Assembly (NCBI RefSeq): GCF_009914755.1
Contig: NC_060930.1
DNA: 64,000 bases
Source of the DNA: the human T2T-CHM13v2.0 reference genome, Homo sapiens
Strand: one strand, 5' to 3'
This document shows, in pieces, positions 40,301 to 55,346 of this stretch. The translations under genes were made by a program, and so were the position numbers. Position 1 is the stretch's first letter, and every line of letters starts with the position of its first letter. The notes beneath the pieces were generated by a model. The model was not told the origin of the DNA and searched no databases. It worked only from the letters and a program-made list of their open reading frames with translations.

Positions 40301-40611
40301 GGCTGCCTTCTCTCATTGCCAAATGCTGCTAGAAATGACTAAATGTGGTATTGTGAATTTCTGAAATGAGGAATTAAATTATAAAATAGATATATATTTT
40401 ATTTTTATGATGTGACAAAGCCAATAAAAAAGGTTTTTGTGATTTCAAATAACCTCCCTGGGAAATCTTGTCAATATATTCGTTTCTTTAATAGCCAAAA
40501 CCATTGATCCAGAGCTTAAATTCCTGACTTTTCATATATAGGAAACTATATGAAGATTCTTTAAAATGGCTCCATAGGCAAGGGATTATTTTTCAACATT
40601 TAATAATTTTA

Positions 40612-40976
<365 letters not shown>

Positions 40977-41034
40977 TTAAAACATATCCAAATGCTATAT
41001 CAAAACATGATGGAATACTTACTGGAGGCAAATG

Positions 41035-41450
41035 TGACAGATACTCTACGATCTCACTTATATGTGGAATCTAAGAAAGTCAAACTTGAGGGAGCAGAGA
41101 GTTGAATGGTGGTTACCAGAGGCTGAAGGGATGAGTACGGGCTGGCAAAGGGAAGACGTTGGTCAAGGAGTACAAAATTTCAGTTAGACAGGAGAAATAC
41201 AGTCTAGTTTTGTGCTGCAAAGCACAGTACTATAGTTAATATTTATTGTATATTTCAAAATAGCTGAAGGAGAGGATTTCAAATGTTCTCACCACAAAGA
41301 AATGATAAATATTTGTGTTAAGGGATATGTTAACTAGCCTGACTTGATCATTCCACAATACATACATGTATCAAAATATCACATTGTGCCCCATAAATAC
41401 ATACAATTACTATTTTTCAATCAAAAGCAAGTAATAAATAAATAAATACA
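41035..41450 (+). mobile_element. L1MA (MA5-8-like) 3' end
   Basis: ATCTCACTTATATGTGGAATCTAA...GGTTACCAGAGGCTG...ATGTTCTCACCACAAAGAAATGATAAAT...CCCCATAAATA followed by an A-rich tail. Confidence 0.88.
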
Positions 41451-41909
41451 AAGAGAGAGTAGACTCAGAATCCATTCAGTGCTTTCTTCAAAATGAAATA
41501 TTCAACCTTCCAGTTTCTGAGTATAATATTCTTTTCAATTCTTTTTGTTGTTGGCTGGAGTATAGAAATGGCCTTTAGTGAAAAAAAATGCTCCTTTATC
41601 TGTTGCCCTATATTCAAACCAAATATCCACTTAACTGCCTTAAAAGCTCAAAATATGATGATTTAGCAATAATAGTAGCAGCATCCAGTTTTATTTCACA
41701 ACATATATCAGGCAGAACATTACAAAGCTAAATGTGTTATTTTATGGAATAAAAGTTTTTTGCTCAATACAGCATTCACTTCAGGCAAATGATTTATATT
41801 TCTTTTGCTTTTTACTGAGAATTCATCATTTTATTTTTTGATAAATTCAATATTGCCATTAAAACCTTGAAGCAATTATCTTTATCACTAGCATGATTGT
41901 TATTATTAT

Positions 41910-42070
41910 CATTCCAACTTTATGGGACACTAGTAATGGTCATTGTGCTGAGTCCTGACGTGGATCATCTCATTTAACACAACAAACCAAAGAAAGAGTA
42001 CTGTCATTATGTCTATTTTACAGAGAAGAGTTTTGAAGCTCCAAGTTAATGAGGTCTCAGAGCAAATAAG
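41910..42070 (-). mobile_element. MIR
   Basis: TGTGCTGAG...ATCTCATTTAA...ATTATGTCTATTTTACAGAGAAGAG, the MIR core. Confidence 0.65.
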
Positions 42071-42208
42071 CTAATCACCCTTGATTGGATGAGCTTGGGG
42101 AAATCTGCTTTAGTAATATATAATCTTGCAATACAGCTCCTTCATTGATTGTCATATTCAGAAAGCAGTCATTTTCTTTTATTTACTTATTTTAACTTGC
42201 CATTTTAA

Positions 42209-42533
<325 letters not shown>

Positions 42534-43799
42534 ACTAATTGCAAATTTCTAACACTTAATACATAGTTCCATAATAAATATAAATAGTATTTATTTATTT
42601 TAGGTTTCCAAAGCAAATTAATTTTTCTCTTATATATCTATTGATTTTATGCTAAGTGCATTTATGCAGGATTCATTTTTTTTTACAAAATATGCACAAT
42701 ATGACTCATAACTGTTACTTTCAGGCAGCACGATAGCACTTTACAAATGCTGGGGTCTATGTATGTTTTATTGCAAAATTTTCTCAGATCTAGTAAAGGA
42801 TTTCAAAGATGATTTAGCAATGTCCCTGCACACCAAACCTCCTGACAGATTTGTTAATGTAATCATTTCAGTGGGACAGAGTGGGAGAGTTCAGAGGACA
42901 GCTGTAAATAATTAGTTTTGTCCATCACCTCTCAATTTGTTCTGCACAAGTTATTTCTCTTTGCAATTGTATAAAATAGAAAGTCATTCTTGTAGCTTTG
43001 CTGATACCTTTGGGCCACTTCTCTGAAAACAAAAATTAAAAAGTTAAACTACTTTAAGGCTAACCACTTACCTAAGACTCACTGAGGTACTAACTACTAG
43101 ACTCAAATACTTAACTACCTTAACTGTTTGAGAAAGGAAACTGTATATGAGAAACTATAATTTAAAAAATAGTATTCATAGAACCTGTGACAGATGATGA
43201 AAGCATATGATCTTCCACTGTAGATGTTCAAAGCAGAGTGATTTTTCAATTTAAAATGGGTTTTCCAATTTTGAGCCAGTAATTTTAAAATTGCATTGTG
43301 TGTAAAAATACACTGAAAATATCTTGGTAAAAACACATGTAACAGGTGGTTTTGTGGGATTTTGTCTAAGGCTCCAAATGCTGGCTTAATATATTGTAAA
43401 CATTCAAGATAATTAGCCCAGAACATGCAGTGGCTAGAATGAGATGAGGAAACAGGTTGGCAGGGACCAATTTGTTCTACATAGCTATGCTCTGTGAGAA
43501 AAGAATTGCCAAGAACTGTGGAGGGGACTGTGTTGGAGAGCATAGTCTCCACACAGAAAAGGCAAAACTATTTTTTTATCCTTAGAATGTGTGAGGGAGC
43601 GCCACTGGGACTACTCACACGATTACCCCCTCAAAATGAACAGAATGAGTTGTACCCATCTGAAATCTAACAGCATGTCTAGATATGAGCTAATGTGGTA
43701 GAGCAGAGAGAGACATTGTGGCATTTTAAAGCAGGTATACTTGCACTGATTGTGGGGCAAAGACATGTAATTCAGACAATTAGATAAGAACCTCAAGGA

Positions 43800-44110
<311 letters not shown>

Positions 44111-44440
44111 TCAAAGGATGGGTCATCTCAAAAGAGATAAGATCCCAAAAGAAATGAAGATAATTGGAAACACAGGGGCTGAGGGTGACAGGTCAGGCAG
44201 CCATATGGCAGAAATGCGTTGCTCACATCAAGGGAATTCCCATCACAGATACCAACAGAGAACCTCTGAGCACCCTGCAAAAGAAGCCATGAAAAAGCCT
44301 GCAGTTATCCATGGGGAGTGGAGGAAACACTGCATTAGATGACAATGCTTCAGACTGGCAGTATGGACCTCAACTTGTCTTTTGGGTGCTTGAAGTTTAT
44401 ATAATTGGGGAAACCCATTTTAATAAAAATATTAAATAAT

Positions 44441-44727
44441 TATTGTGATTATTATTTTTGAGACAGAATCTCACTCTGTTGCCCAGGCTGGAGTGCAGTG
44501 GTGCGATCTTGGCTCACTGCAAGCTCCACTTCCCGGGTTCATGCCTTCTCCTGCCTCAGCCTCCTGAGTAGCTGGGACTACAGGCACGCTCGGCTAATTT
44601 TTTGTATTTTTTAGTAGAGACGGGGTTTCACCGTGTTAGCCGAGATGGTCTCGATCTCCTGATCTCGTGATTCGCCTGCCTTGGCCTCCCAAAGTGCTGG
44701 GATAGGCGTGAGCCACCCTGCTTGGCC
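44441..44727 (-). mobile_element. AluY-like, inserted in a probable MER53-like hAT relic (about 44360-44790)
   Basis: GCAAGCTCC, CCGTGTTAGCC, GGTCTCGATCTCC; small internal deletions. The host assignment is tentative (TGAAGTTTATATAATTGGGG). Confidence 0.92.
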
Positions 44728-45429
44728 CATAATTCTTAATATAAAGTTAGGTATAAGATGAGTATCTGTTTAGAATGAATTAAAATGTAAAATAAAATAT
44801 AGTTCTGCACACTTTCTCTTTAACCACCTGTTAAATATGTTTTTAAGAAGATTCCCAAAGAATCCCTATATGTATTACTATTTTAAATTGCTGACTCAGA
44901 ATAACAAAATGCAACTTTAACTGAAAAGTTACTATACTTTAGAATACAGGATGTGGAAGTCCACATCCTTTCATTGTTTTTCTTTTTCCATCTTCCTGAG
45001 CCTAAGAAAAATAGGCCAAAAATAAATATTAGTGATTGGTATAAAGTTTCTCTACTAAAGTTCTTTTTTCTTGAATATTTCCAGCTGGCAGTATTAGAGT
45101 ATAGAAGTTCTTAAGAGTATATAGTTCTTAAGGGCCTAGACTTAACTGTTGATATATTTGATCAGTGACTCAAAATGCCCAAGCACAGCACTACCTCTGA
45201 AAAGTGATGCCTTATTTAAATTTCTAATTTGATAAGTAACACAATATATTGTGATATTCTATTATTTGCTTTAAATGTGTTGCTCAGAAAATGCAAAGGA
45301 AACATCTATTAAATAAAAAATTAAAATCATTTTGCCTAAGTTGAAAGAAACTTATAAAAGAAGAAATGAGTTTAAATTAAGATGTAACACAAGTAAATTT
45401 CATTTTGAAATTAAAATAATTTTTTCATT

Positions 45430-48400
45430 TTGTAACTTTTATTTTTTAAAGTTTTATGGGTACATAGTAGGTATATGTATTTATGAGGTACATATTTTGA
45501 TATAGGCATATGATGTGTAATAATCATATCAGGATAAAGGAGGTATCCATCACCTCAAACATTTACCCTTTGTGTTACAAACAATCCAATTATATTCTTT
45601 TAGTTATTTTAAAATGTGCAATTAAATCATATTTACTATAGTCACCCTGTGCTGTTATCAGCTACTAGTTCTTATTCTTTCTTTTTAATTATTTTTTGGT
45701 ATCCATATAACAGTCCCAGTTTGGTCCAACCCCTCTAATACATTTCCCAGACTTTGGTAACCTTCCTTCTACACTCTCTCTCTCTGAGTGCATTTGTTGC
45801 AGTTTTTAGCTCTCACAAATAAGCGAGAACATGCAATATTGGTCTTTCTGTGCCTGGCTTACTTCACTTAACATAATCATCTCCACTTCCATCCATGTGG
45901 TTGCAAATGACAGGATCTCATTATTTTTTAATGGTTAAATAGTACTTAATTGTGTATATGTTCCACATTTTCTTTATTCATCCGTTGATGGACAATTAGG
46001 TTGCTTCCAAATCTTGGCGATTGTGAATAGTGCTGAAAAAAAACATGGGAGTGCAGATATTTCTCTGATGTACTGATATTCTTTCTTTTGAATATACACC
46101 TACCAGTAAAATTGCTGGATCATATGGTGGCTCAATTCTTAGTTTTTTGAGGAACCTCCAAACTGTTCTCCATAGTGGTTGTATTAACTTTCATTCCCAC
46201 CAACAGTGTGTGAGTTCCCCTCTCTTCACATCCTTGCCAGCATTTGTTATTGCCTGTGTTTTGGATAAAAGTCATTATAACTGGGGTGAGATCATATATT
46301 ATTGTAGTTTTGATTGGGATGTCTTTGATAATCAGTGATGTTGAGTACCTTGTCATATACCTGTTTGGCATTTTTATGTATCTTCTTTTGAAAAATGTGT
46401 ATTCAAATCTTCTGCTCATTTTAAAATTGGACTATTAGATTTTTTTCCTATAAAGCTGTTTGAGCTCCTTATATATTCTGGATATTAATCCTTCCGCAGA
46501 TGATGATACATTTTGGATGGTGTCCTGCCCAAATCTCATGTTGATATGTAAACCTCAATGTCAGAGGTGGGGCCTGGTGGGAGGTGATTGGATCATGGGG
46601 ACATGTCTCATAAATGGTTTAGTACCACCTCTTGGTACTGTCCTTACAACAGTGAGTTCTTGTGTGATTTGGTTGTTTAAAAGTGTGTGGCACCTCTCCT
46701 CCCTCTTTCCATCCTGCTCCCACTATGTGAGATGCCTGCACCCTGTTAGTCTTCCATCATGATTGTAAGATTTCTGAGGCCACCCCAGAAGCTGATCAGA
46801 TGCCAGGATCATGCTTCCTGTACAACCTGCAGAAACATTAGCCAATTAAACCTCCTTCCGCAGTTTCAGTTTTATTATAGCAATGCGAGAACAACCTAAC
46901 ACAGATTGGTAGTTTGGAAATATATTCTTACATTCTGTGGGTTATCTCTTAAATTTGTTGATGGTTTCCTTTGCTGTGCAGAAACTTTTTAACTTGAGGT
47001 GATGCTATTTGTCTATTTTTGTTTTGGTTGCCTGGACTTGTGGGGTATTACTCAAGAAATATTTACCCACTTTAATGTCTTGGAGAGTTTCCCCAAAAGT
47101 TTTATTTTAGAAGTTTCATAGCTTGAGGTCTTAGGTTTAAATCTTTAACCCATTTTGATTTGAGTTTTTATATGGAGATAGAGGTCGAGTTTCATTCTTC
47201 TGTACATAATTATCCAGTTTTCCCAGAAACATTAATTGGAGAGACTATCCTGTCACCAATATATGTTCTTGGCACTGTTGCTGAAAATGAGGTCACTTTT
47301 AATGTAATTTGTTTCCTGTTTCTTTATTCTGTTTTATTGGTTTGTGTGCCTGTTTTTATGCCAGTACCATGCTGTTTTGGTTACTCTAGCTATGTAATAT
47401 AATCTGAAGTCAGGTAAAGTGATGCTTTCTGTTTTGTTTGTTTTGCTTAGAATATCTTTTGCTATTCTGTGTCTTTTGTGGTTCCATATAGATTTTAGAA
47501 TTTTTTTTTCTATTTCTATGAAAATATTGGTATTTTGAGAGATTCCATTGAATCTGCCGATAACTTTGAATAGTATGGACATTTTAGTGATATTGATTCT
47601 TCCAATCCAGGGACAAGGAATATTTTTCCATTTCTTGGTGTCCTTTTCAGTTTCTTTTATCAGTGTTTCATAGTTTTCATTATAGAGGCCTTTCACTTCT
47701 TTGGTTGAGTTAATTCCTAGGTATTTTATTTTATTTACAGCTATTGTAAATGGGATTGTTTTCTTGATTTCTTTATCAGATTGTTCACTGTTGGCATGTA
47801 GAAATGTTACTGATGTTTGTGTGTTAATTTTGTATCCTGAAACTTTACTAAATTTGGTTATCAGTTCTAAGAGTTTTTTGGTGGAGTCTTTAGGTTTTTG
47901 CAAATACAAGATTATATCATCTGCAAATAAAAATTATTTGATTTATTTCTTTCCAGTTTGGATGGCTTTCTTTCATCTGATTGCTCTAGCTAAGACTTCC
48001 AGTACTATGTTGAATAACTGGTGACAGTGGGCATCCCTGTTGTATTGTCAACCTTAGAGGAAAGACTTTCAGTATTTAGCTGTTTAGTATGATACTTACT
48101 ATGTTAAGGTATGTTCCCTCTATACTCAGCTTTTGGAGGATATTTTTTATCATAAAGGCATGGTGAATTTTATGAAATGATTTTTCAGCATCAATTAAAT
48201 TTATTACATGGATTTTGGCCTTTGTTCTGCTGATATGATGTATCACATTGATTGATTTGCATGTATTAAATTATCCTGGCATCCCAGGAATAAATCCCAC
48301 TTGGCCATGACAAATGATCTTTTTATAATAATATGTTGTTGAATTTGGTTTGCTAGCATTTTGTTGAGGATTTTCACATTAATATTTATCAGGGATATTG

Positions 48401-49464
48401 GCCTTTGGTTTTCTTTTGTTGGTGTTTCTTTGTCTAGTTATGGTATCGACATAATGTTGGCTTTGAAAAATGAGTTTGGAAGTATTCCCTTCTCTATTTT
48501 TTAGAATAGTTTAAGTAAGATTTGTATTAAATGTTCTTTAAATGTGTGGTAGAATTCAGTAGTGAAGCCATCAGGATCTGAGATTTTTTTTTTTTTTACT
48601 ACACCTTGATTATGATTTCAATATTGTTACTTGTTATTGGTTCTTTTAGGTTTTGGATTTCTTCATGGTTCAAACTTGATAGGTTGTATATATCTATGAG
48701 TTTATCTATTTCTTTTGGATTTTTCAATTTATTGTAATATTTGCTCACAGGAACCACTAAAGATCCTTTGAATTTCTCTGATATTGGTTGTAGTATTTTT
48801 TTTTTCAACTCTGATTTTATTTATTTGTGTATTCTCTCTTTTTCTCTTAGTCTGGCTCAAGTTTGTCAATTTTGTTTATCTTTTCAAGTAACAAACATTT
48901 CATTTTATTCAATTTTTGTATTTTCTTCATTTCAATTTTATTTTTATTTCTGCTGTAATATTTTTAATATATTTACTTCCATTAATTGTTGCTTTAGTTT
49001 GCTCTTGCTTTTCCATTCCCTTAAAGTGAATCATTAGGTTGTTTATTTGAAGTTTTTTTTTTTTTTTTTTTGATGTTGGCTCTTATGGCTGTAAATTTCC
49101 CTCTTAGAACTGCTTTCACTCTATCTCATAGGTTTTGGTATGTTTGTTTGTATTATTATTTGTTTTCAGAAATTTTTCATTTTCCTTCTTTATTTCTTCA
49201 TTGACCCATTGGTCATACAGGTGCACATTGTTTAATTTTTATGTGTTTGTATGGTTTCCAAAATTCTTCTTGTTATAGATTTCTAGTTTTATTCCATTTT
49301 GGTCAGAGAAAATGCTTGATACTATTTTAATTTTTTGAAGTGTTTTAAGACTTGTTTTGTGACCTAAAATATGCTCTATACTTGAGAACAATTCATTTGC
49401 TGAGGAGAAGAATGTGTATTCTATAGCCATGGGATAAAATATTCTGTAATTATCTAATAGGTTC
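45430..49464 (-). mobile_element. L1MA1-3-like LINE-1 (3' UTR plus most of ORF2), interrupted by MSTA
   Basis: Minus ORF 47334-47909 ([19 protein letters not shown]...KYLGIN...[14 protein letters not shown]...TLPDFRLYY...[10 protein letters not shown]) is clear L1 ORF2; 49239-49430 (EYTFFSS...HILGHK...IFSDQNGIKLEI) is an endonuclease remnant. Confidence 0.93.
46504..46903 (+). mobile_element. MSTA-like solo LTR inside L1
   Basis: CCCAAATCTCATGTTGA...GGTGGGAGGTGATTGGATCATGGGG...CAATTAAACCTC...CCTAACACA; L1 sequence is contiguous on both sides. Confidence 0.9.
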
Positions 49465-51000
49465 TGTATTAGTTCATTCTTGCATTGCTATAGAGAAATA
49501 CCTGAGACTGGGTAGTTAGTAAAGAAGAGGCTTAATTGGCTCATGGCTCCATAGACTTGTACAGGATGCATTATCCTGGCATCTGCTAAGCTTCTGGGGA
49601 GGCCTCAGGAAACTTACAATCATGGTAGATATCAGAAGAAGAGTGGGGCATCTCACATGTTGAGATCAGTTGCAAAAGAGAGAAGTGGGGGAGTGTTATA
49701 CACTTTAAAATAACCAGAACTCATGAGAACTCACTGTTGCAAGAACAGGAGCAAGGAGATGGTGCTAAACCACTCATGAGAAATCCACCCTCATGATCCA
49801 GTCACCTCCAACAAGCATCACCTCCAACATTTCGGGAATTATAATTTGATATTTGAGTGAGGACACAGATCTAAGCCATATCATTTTATTCCTGGTGCCT
49901 TCCAAATCTCATGTGCTTCTTACATTTCAGAATACAGCCATGCCTTCCCAACAGTCTTTCAAAGTCATAATTCATTCCAGCATTAGCTCAACTGTCAAAA
50001 GACCAAAGGCTTACTGGAGAAAAGGCAAGTCCCTTCTATCTATCAGCCTGTAAAATAGAATATAACTTAGTTACTCCCAAGATAAAATTTGGGTATAGCC
50101 ATTGGGTAAATACTCCCATTCCTAAAGGGAGAAATAGGCCATAACAAAGGAATTCCAAACCTCATGTAAATGTGAAACTCAGCAGGGCAATTATTACATC
50201 TTAAAACTTTAAAATAATCTACTCTGACCCTGTATCCCACATCAAGGGCACACTGCTGCAAGGGGTTGGGCTACCAAGGCCTTGGGCAGCTCCACTCCTG
50301 TGGCTTTACATGGTTCAGCTCCCACAGTTGCTTTTCTTGGACTGGCATTGAGTGCCTACAGCTTTTCCAGGCACATAGTGCAAGCTGTAAGTGGCTCTAC
50401 CATTCTGGGATCTGGAAGATAATGGCCCTCTTCTCAAAGCTTCATTAGGCATTGCCTCAGTGGGGACTCTGTATGGGGGCTCCAACCCCACATTTCCTTT
50501 CTGAACCGCTTTAGTAGAGGTTCTCTGTGAGGGTTTTACCCCTGCATCAGGCTTCAGCCTCGACATCCAGGCTTTTCTATGCATCCTCTGAAATCTAGGC
50601 AGAGGCTTCCAAGCCTCAACTCTTGCATTCGGCACATCCTCAGGCTTACCACCACTTGGAATCTGCTAAGTCTATGGCTCGCATCCTCTGGAGCAGTGGC
50701 CTGAGCTGTACCTGGGACCTTTGGAGTCACAGCTTGAGCTAGAGTGGCTGGAAGTAGTTTCCCAAGGCTGTGCTGTAGAGTGAGGTCCTGGGCCTGGCTC
50801 ATGAAACCATTCAGTCCTCCTAGGCTTCCGGGCCTATGATGAGAGAGGCTGCCTTGATGGTCTCTGAAATGCCTTCAAGGCCTTCTCCCCCTTGTCTTGG
50901 TGACTTGCACTTGGCTCCTTTCTGTTTATGCAAATTTATGCAACCTTTTAAAATTTCTCCCTTGAAAACTGGCTTTTTTTTCTTTTTTTTTGCCACATGG
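49465..51000 (-). mobile_element. MST 3' LTR (49465-49883) plus truncated MST-int
   Basis: LTR TGTATTAGTTCATTCTTGCATTGCTATAG...CCATATCA is followed by MaLR internal sequence (CCTTGGGCAGCTCCACTCCTGTGGCTTT, GTGGGGACTCTGTATGGGGGCTCCAACCCCACATTTCC). Confidence 0.9.
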
Positions 51001-51740
51001 GAAGGAACACCAAATTTAACAACTTTCTATACACACAAGCACTTCATAAGAACCAAAAATCAGGTGAGCAATCACAGCACCTGATTTTAACTGCATATTA
51101 CTGAAAGAAGCACTGCAGAAGATGGGAAGGACAATCTTGAATTATCAATACCACCCCTCTCCCATCTCCTGGCAGCAGCCATATAGTGTGGAGAATCTGT
51201 TCACTTGGGAGAGGGAAGTGCCATGATTGTAAGACCCTGCTTTGAACTCAGTGCTGCCCTGTCACAGTGGAAAGCAAACCCAGGCTAAACTCAGCTGATT
51301 CCCACACACTGAGAGAGTGTATAGACATGCCCTAGCCAAAGAGGACTCACCCATCCCAGTGGTCAGAATATGAGCTTCAATAAGCCTCACTACTGCAGGC
51401 TAACGTACTCTGGAGTCCAAACAAACTTGAAAGGCAACCAAGTCTAGTCCAAAAGGCAAGTCGTAGTGCTGTTCTGGGCTGGGGAGCAGTAGACGTGGGC
51501 GGCACATGACCTAGTAAGACACCAGTCAGGGTGGCTAAGGGAGTACTTCTGTCACCTCTCTCCCAGCTTCCAATAGTACAACTTGCAACAATAAAAGTGA
51601 CTCTTTCCTTCTGCTTGAGGAGAAGAGAGCAAAGAGTAAAGAGAATTTGTTTTACCTCTTGGATGTCAGATCAGCCACACTAGAATATGATAGGACAGAG
51701 TCATGAGGCCCCCATTTCAGGCATTAGCTCCCGGTCAATG
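51001..51740 (+). mobile_element. L1MA-class 5' UTR fragment
   Basis: AAGGAACACCAAATTTAACAACT...CTTCATAAGAACCAAAAATCAGGTGAGCAATCACAGCACCTGATTTTAAC matches the recalled L1M1/L1MA 5'-end consensus. Confidence 0.75.
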
Positions 51741-51869
51741 TAAACTATAAATAAAATTATTCAATTGGACTAACCTGTAAACTCACTGGTTAATTTTAAA
51801 ATAGCATTTGAAATTATCATAAAATATCAGCTAAATTCAAGATCGTGTTTTTGTTTTTTCTTCTTTACT

Positions 51870-52380
51870 TTTTCTTTCATATAAATTTTACATACAATTA
51901 TGAAAAAACTACATAGAGGAATCTCAAGTACATTTTAACCAGCTTTGAGCAATGGTAATATCTTGTCAAAATGTAGTATAATATCACAAACAAAAAATTT
52001 CCATTGCCACAAGAATCTTTCATATTGTTCTTTAGTTGCAGCACTCACTGCTTTTCAGGACCTACCTCCTCCTTTATCTATGAAAACACTCATTTTTATA
52101 CATATTGCAAATTGTATTTGCTAATATTTTGTCAAGAATTTTTACATTTATAGTCATGTAGAATATTGATCTATAGTGTCTTGTACTTTCTTTGACTGGT
52201 TTTGCTTTCAGGTAATATACTATCTTAATAAAATGGAAGAGTTATCTCCTCTTCTATTTTCAGAAAACTATTATGTAGAATTGTGTTATCACTTCTATTT
52301 TCTAAAAAAGATTGTGTCAAACTCTTCATGAAATGATTGGTAGAATTCTCCAGTAAAGTTGTCTAAGTATAAAAATTTAT
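51870..52380 (-). mobile_element. Old L1M fragments (3' end and ORF2)
   Basis: TTTGCTAATATTTTGTCAAGAATTTTTACAT...TTGGTAGAATTCTCCAGTAAAG. Confidence 0.6.
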
Positions 52381-52694
<314 letters not shown>

Positions 52695-53149
52695 TCAATT
52701 ACAAATTTATTTTATAGAGCTTTCTACATATATGAAGATGCCTGTGTAACTGAGTCTTCGTATTTATTACATGCTCATTGTTTCCCATTAATAATTGTAT
52801 AGTGAAAAAAATAAGCGTCTTAGTTTTAAGATTACTTCAATAATTAATACGCTTGGATATTTCATATGTCAGTTGATTGCTTTTATTACTTTCTACTAAT
52901 TTTCTATTAATTTTCTTTATCCGTTTTACTAATGTAATAGTAAATATTTACCTAATGGATTTATATATACCCCAAATTATAATTTTTTGTCTATATAAAT
53001 ATTTATATATTTTTATGTGCCTTTTAATTAATATTAATTATTTCTTACATAAATAAATATATTTACTGTTTGGTTAAATTTATATATTTATATATTTCTT
53101 TAAAAATTAATTTTATATTTTAAAAGAAGGTAAATTACTCATATGGGAA

Positions 53150-53468
53150 AGAGTATGGATGAACCTAAAAAATATATGATGACTGAAAGAAGCCAGATAC
53201 ACAAAAGTACATGTCTGAGTCCATTCATATGAGATTTTATATAAGAAAAATTAAACTGCAGTGACAGAGAGCAGTAGTTCCCTGAATCTGAGGAGAAACC
53301 ATAAGAAATCACTGTGAAGGGTAATAAAAGAAAGCAGTGGGGTGAAAAAAATGTTCTGTACATTTATTATAGTAGTGATTACACAGATTTATAGATTTGA
53401 CAAAACAGATCTAACTGTGAGCATTTTGTTGTACATAAATTATGCCCCAATAAGCTTGATTTTTAAAA
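53150..53468 (+). mobile_element. L1ME/MB 3' end
   Basis: ATGGATGAACCT...GAAAGAAGCCAGATACACAAAAGTACAT...AAATGTTCTGTA...TAAATTATGCCCCAATAA. Confidence 0.75.
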
Positions 53469-53840
53469 GGTGAAGAAAATTTATTATAAAGAAGCTAGGG
53501 GCTCTATAAATATAGCATACATTCTAACACTTTTTAATCTACTGACGTTTTATTTAAGGTTTAGAATTGAGATAAAATTTCTCTTTTTCTTCAAATAGCT
53601 GAATTTCTGATTAATTCTTATTGAATTATCAATCTCATAGCTATTAGGGTTTAATATGTGGCTTATCATTATATTGATCTATGGCAACTTAATTTATAAA
53701 TTATTTATGGATTCTTTAACATTAAATAAAATCTTTATAAAGTTTTTCTGAGGAGGGGCCGTAGGAGTGGGTATGTCTTTCTTCAAAATTATAGCAACTT
53801 TGTAACATATAAAATATTAACATCTACTGATGTATAGGTG

Positions 53841-54234
53841 TGTCTTCGTCCATTTTGTGTTGATATAACAGGATAACAAAGACTTAGTGATTTATAAACA
53901 ATAGACATTTACTTGGCTCATGGTTCAAGGAGTTGGGAGTTCCAAGAGCAGGGAACCAGCATCTGGAGAGGATCTTCTTGCTGTTTCATCTCATAGCTGA
54001 AGGCAGAAGATAAAGATAAGGCAAGGTAGCCAAGGAGCAAGAGAAGGCTGAACATACCTTTACAAAAACTCACTCTCACGGTAACAAACCCACTCCCACA
54101 ATAATAACATTAATATATTCATATGGGCAAAACTATTTTGGCCTAATCACCTGTTAGTGGTCCCACCACTTATACTGTCACAATGGTAATTAAATTTCAA
54201 CACACATTTTTGAGGGGACATTCAAACCATAGCA
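53841..54234 (-). mobile_element. MSTC-like solo LTR
   Basis: TGTCTTCGTCCATTTTGTGTTG...GGGGACATTCAAACCATAGCA; TSD AGGTG/AAGTG. Confidence 0.85.
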
Positions 54235-54384
54235 AAGTGATATGGTGATAACTGATAGATATTATGTGTTTTTTAATGACAATAACATGTAATGCCTTAC
54301 TGACACTACTAACCTGTGGAATTTGTGTTATTTTAACCACTGTGTCTATACATACAGTTGGTACAAATTTTAATAAAAACTCAC

Positions 54385-54714
54385 CACTATTATTTGAATG
54401 CACTCTCCAAAACTCATGTGACATATCATTGCCATTGTAACGAGTATTAAGATATGGGGACTTCAAGAGGTGATTAGGTCATGAAAGCACTATCCTTATG
54501 AATAGATTAATGAAATTATTTTTGCTGTAGTTTAGTTATAAAAGAGGGAAGTTTGGTGCCCTTTTCTTTCTGTATGAAGAGGTCATTCTCACCTTGCCAG
54601 ATGCGGTGCTATACCCTAGGACTTCCCAGTCTTTATGAATATGAGCCAAATAAACTTCTGTTCTTTATAAATTACCCAATCTGATATTCTGTTACATCAA
54701 CAAAAACTAAGAAA
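54385..54714 (+). mobile_element. MSTC/D-like LTR
   Basis: CCAAAACTCATGTG...AAGAGGTGATTAGGTCATGA...GGACTTCCCAG...AAATAAACTTCTGTTCTTTATAAATTACCCA. Confidence 0.78.
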
Positions 54715-55346
54715 CTCACATATTATTGGAAAATGTATCCTTCAACAAAATATTTAATAAAAAGAATTAAACAAAAAATATATGTTTTAATCAGAGAGAT
54801 TCCTGAATTAGTATGGACATTAAGAATAAATAACATTTCTATTCTGCATATTAATCAATAAAAGACATCCCTTGCAAGTACCAACAATGCTGAGGTTGAT
54901 TTAGTAGACATTTCCCCATATATATCACTCTACTTTAGGGAGTCTCTTTTTATAAGCAGAACATCACTGTTTAAGAAATCTCTCAGCAAAGATCATTACA
55001 TTAAAATAAAATTATGTTTCTTAACAAATGAAGACTAATTTGAGAGTGATAAGTTAGTCCTTTCATTGAATATTTCTCAATCTTTCTAATAAGCAAATGA
55101 ATGTGAATATACATTTATCTTTGCTTTTATTAGTTTTTTGCAAATGATAAAATATATTTTTAAAGTGATCATATAAGATGCTATTTATACACATAAGATT
55201 TATAGAAATGTTCCTAAATTATATATAAAACTTTGAGAGTTTTCATGAATTTTTTAAATTAAAAAAATAAAGTAATATTTACATGCCATAAGGTGCCAGC
55301 AAGAAAATTATGGTAGCTAATCTTTGTAATTTTTTACAGTGGTGGG

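Noticed and set aside
42780-42960. Cluster of TGATTTA, TGACAG, CAGCTG and GTAAATA motifs suggesting a developmental enhancer
   Set aside because: Short motifs are common in AT-rich DNA and cannot be supported without conservation or chromatin data.
43115-43552. 145-aa minus-strand ORF in non-Alu sequence
   Set aside because: It has a non-ATG start, composition typical of AT-rich non-coding DNA, and no recognisable motif.
47334-47909. 191-aa ORF as a functional gene
   Set aside because: It is a fragment of decayed L1 ORF2, with flanking frames broken by stops and frameshifts.
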